Positions 62,700 to 64,000 of a stretch of 64,000 nt of DNA are shown here, one piece after another (positions within the stretch are counted from its first letter, which is position 1; each line of letters starts with the position of its first letter). Both the position numbers and the translations under genes were made by a program. Origin of the DNA: Octopus sinensis (taxonomy: Eukaryota); assembly GCF_006345805.1 (NCBI RefSeq), contig NC_042997.1, forward strand, positions 46,376,001 through 46,440,000, in the 5' to 3' direction. Under the pieces are notes generated by a model. It saw only the letters and a program-made list of their open reading frames with translations. It made no database searches and was not told the origin of the DNA.

Positions 62700-63890
62700 A
62701 AGTAGCTTGGTTATCAACCATATGGTTCCGGGTTCAGTCCCACTGCGTGGCATCTTGGGCAAGTGTCTTCTGCTATAGCCTCGGGCCGACCAATGCCTTG
62801 TGAGTGGATTTCGTAGACGGAAACTGAAAGAAGCCTATCGTATATATGTATATATATATATATGTATGTGTGTGTATGTTTGTGTGTCTGTGTTTGACAA
62901 CCGATGCTGGTGTTCGGCAAAAGAGACCGATAGAATAAGTACTGGGCTTACAAAGAATAAGTCCCGGGGACGATTTGCTCGACTAAAGGCGGTGCTCCAG
63001 CATGGCCGTAGTCAAATGACTGAAACAAGTAAAAGAGTATATATATGTAAATATATGTATGTATATATATACAAATACACGAATGGACAAATATGTGTGT
63101 TCCTTTATATGTTCACCTCAGTCCATGCTATCAGAATCTTTTTTTAAGTACAAACTCTTTCATATTCCTAACACATTTTCCACACTTTTAAAATTCAACA
63201 AAATTGAATAAACTGCAAAATACTGTGGCCGACTGAATTTACATTTCCTCAATATAATATGGAATGTCAAAGCAATATTTTCGCAGAAACACATCCATAT
63301 TGATTTCTTTGCTCACGTGGGAGTTCACACATGTCCGTTTATACAAGCAGGTTAGATTGTAGATTATTAGATTAACAGATGACAAGCAAAGCTAGAATCG
63401 GCAATAGTCAAACATGTATATATGTATTTATACGCACAGACTCGCCCTGATGCGACCTAATGCTATTGGTGCAGGGACCGTATTTAGTGCTTGTATGGAA
63501 ATAGCGAAACTTTGACAACGTCTTTTAAATTATTCGTTCCTGTATTGCTTATAATTTCCTGCATAAGTAGTATATATTCGGTTGTACTTTCTATACTTAT
63601 ATTTCGAAGTCTATTATTATTGTTGATGTCATGGTCGTTATTGCTTTAGCTGTTGTTTTGATTATGGATAACAAGCAGTTATTCATTACATTACACTAAA
63701 AAAATAAGCGTATAGCTGTAAATGTTCAGATAGGAGGCAAATACTAAGAGAAACGTACAAATGAATCTACAGGGGCCCGAAGGCTTCTGTCTGTTATATC
63801 CATGTAAGATATTCTGAGACATACTTTGAGGAGGCAGTGAACTAGACTTCACAGAATAACTAACACACGCACATACACATGCGTGTATAT

Positions 63891-63929
<39 letters not shown>

Positions 63930-64000
63930 CTCTTTACTCTTTACTCTTTACTCTTTTACTTGTTTCAGCCATTTGACTGCGGCCATGCTGGAGCACCGCC
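63930..64000 (-). mobile_element. SINE family B 3' tail, truncated by the window edge
   Basis: (CTCTTTTA)n-CTTGTTTCAGCCATTTGACTGCGGCCATGCTGGAGCACCGCC. Confidence 0.85.

Larger units (their letters stand above)
60442..63036 (+). mobile_element. SINE family B split by a 2.2-kb insertion (head 60442-60478; remainder 62700-63036)
   Basis: GGCGCAGGAGTGGCTGTGTGGTAAGTAGCTTGCTAAC resumes as AAGTAGCTTGGTTATCAACCATATGGTTCCGGGTTCAGTCCC. Confidence 0.9.

Overview
AT-rich, microsatellite-dense metazoan DNA that is almost entirely transposon-derived. The repeat landscape resembles an octopus (coleoid cephalopod) genome; this is recognition from memory, not a database result. No host protein-coding gene can be called confidently. 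The window holds several Tc1/mariner relics, two R4/Dong-type RT+RLE LINEs (one nearly intact in a (TAA)n array), CR1 and RTE 3' fragments, a decayed Penelope-like element (PLE), a non-autonomous Helitron and many tRNA-derived SINEs. Four observations stand out. (1) A 347-bp noncoding unit present as about 1.4 tandem copies (28282-28774) carries a near-canonical type I hammerhead ribozyme (HHR), making it a candidate retrozyme/circRNA retroelement. (2) A 2.2-kb insertion (60479-62699) encodes only an intact Tx1/L1-like ORF1, splits a SINE head and has a 10-15 bp target-site duplication (TSD), making it a candidate half-L1 (HAL1)-type element. (3) Two fold-back structures (59733-59884, 60061-60321) have an HHR-like motif in each arm. 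(4) A strongly G/T-skewed ~1.2-kb higher-order repeat is followed by another minimal HHR (17355-17396). All ribozyme folds and alignments were done by eye and need computational and biochemical confirmation.
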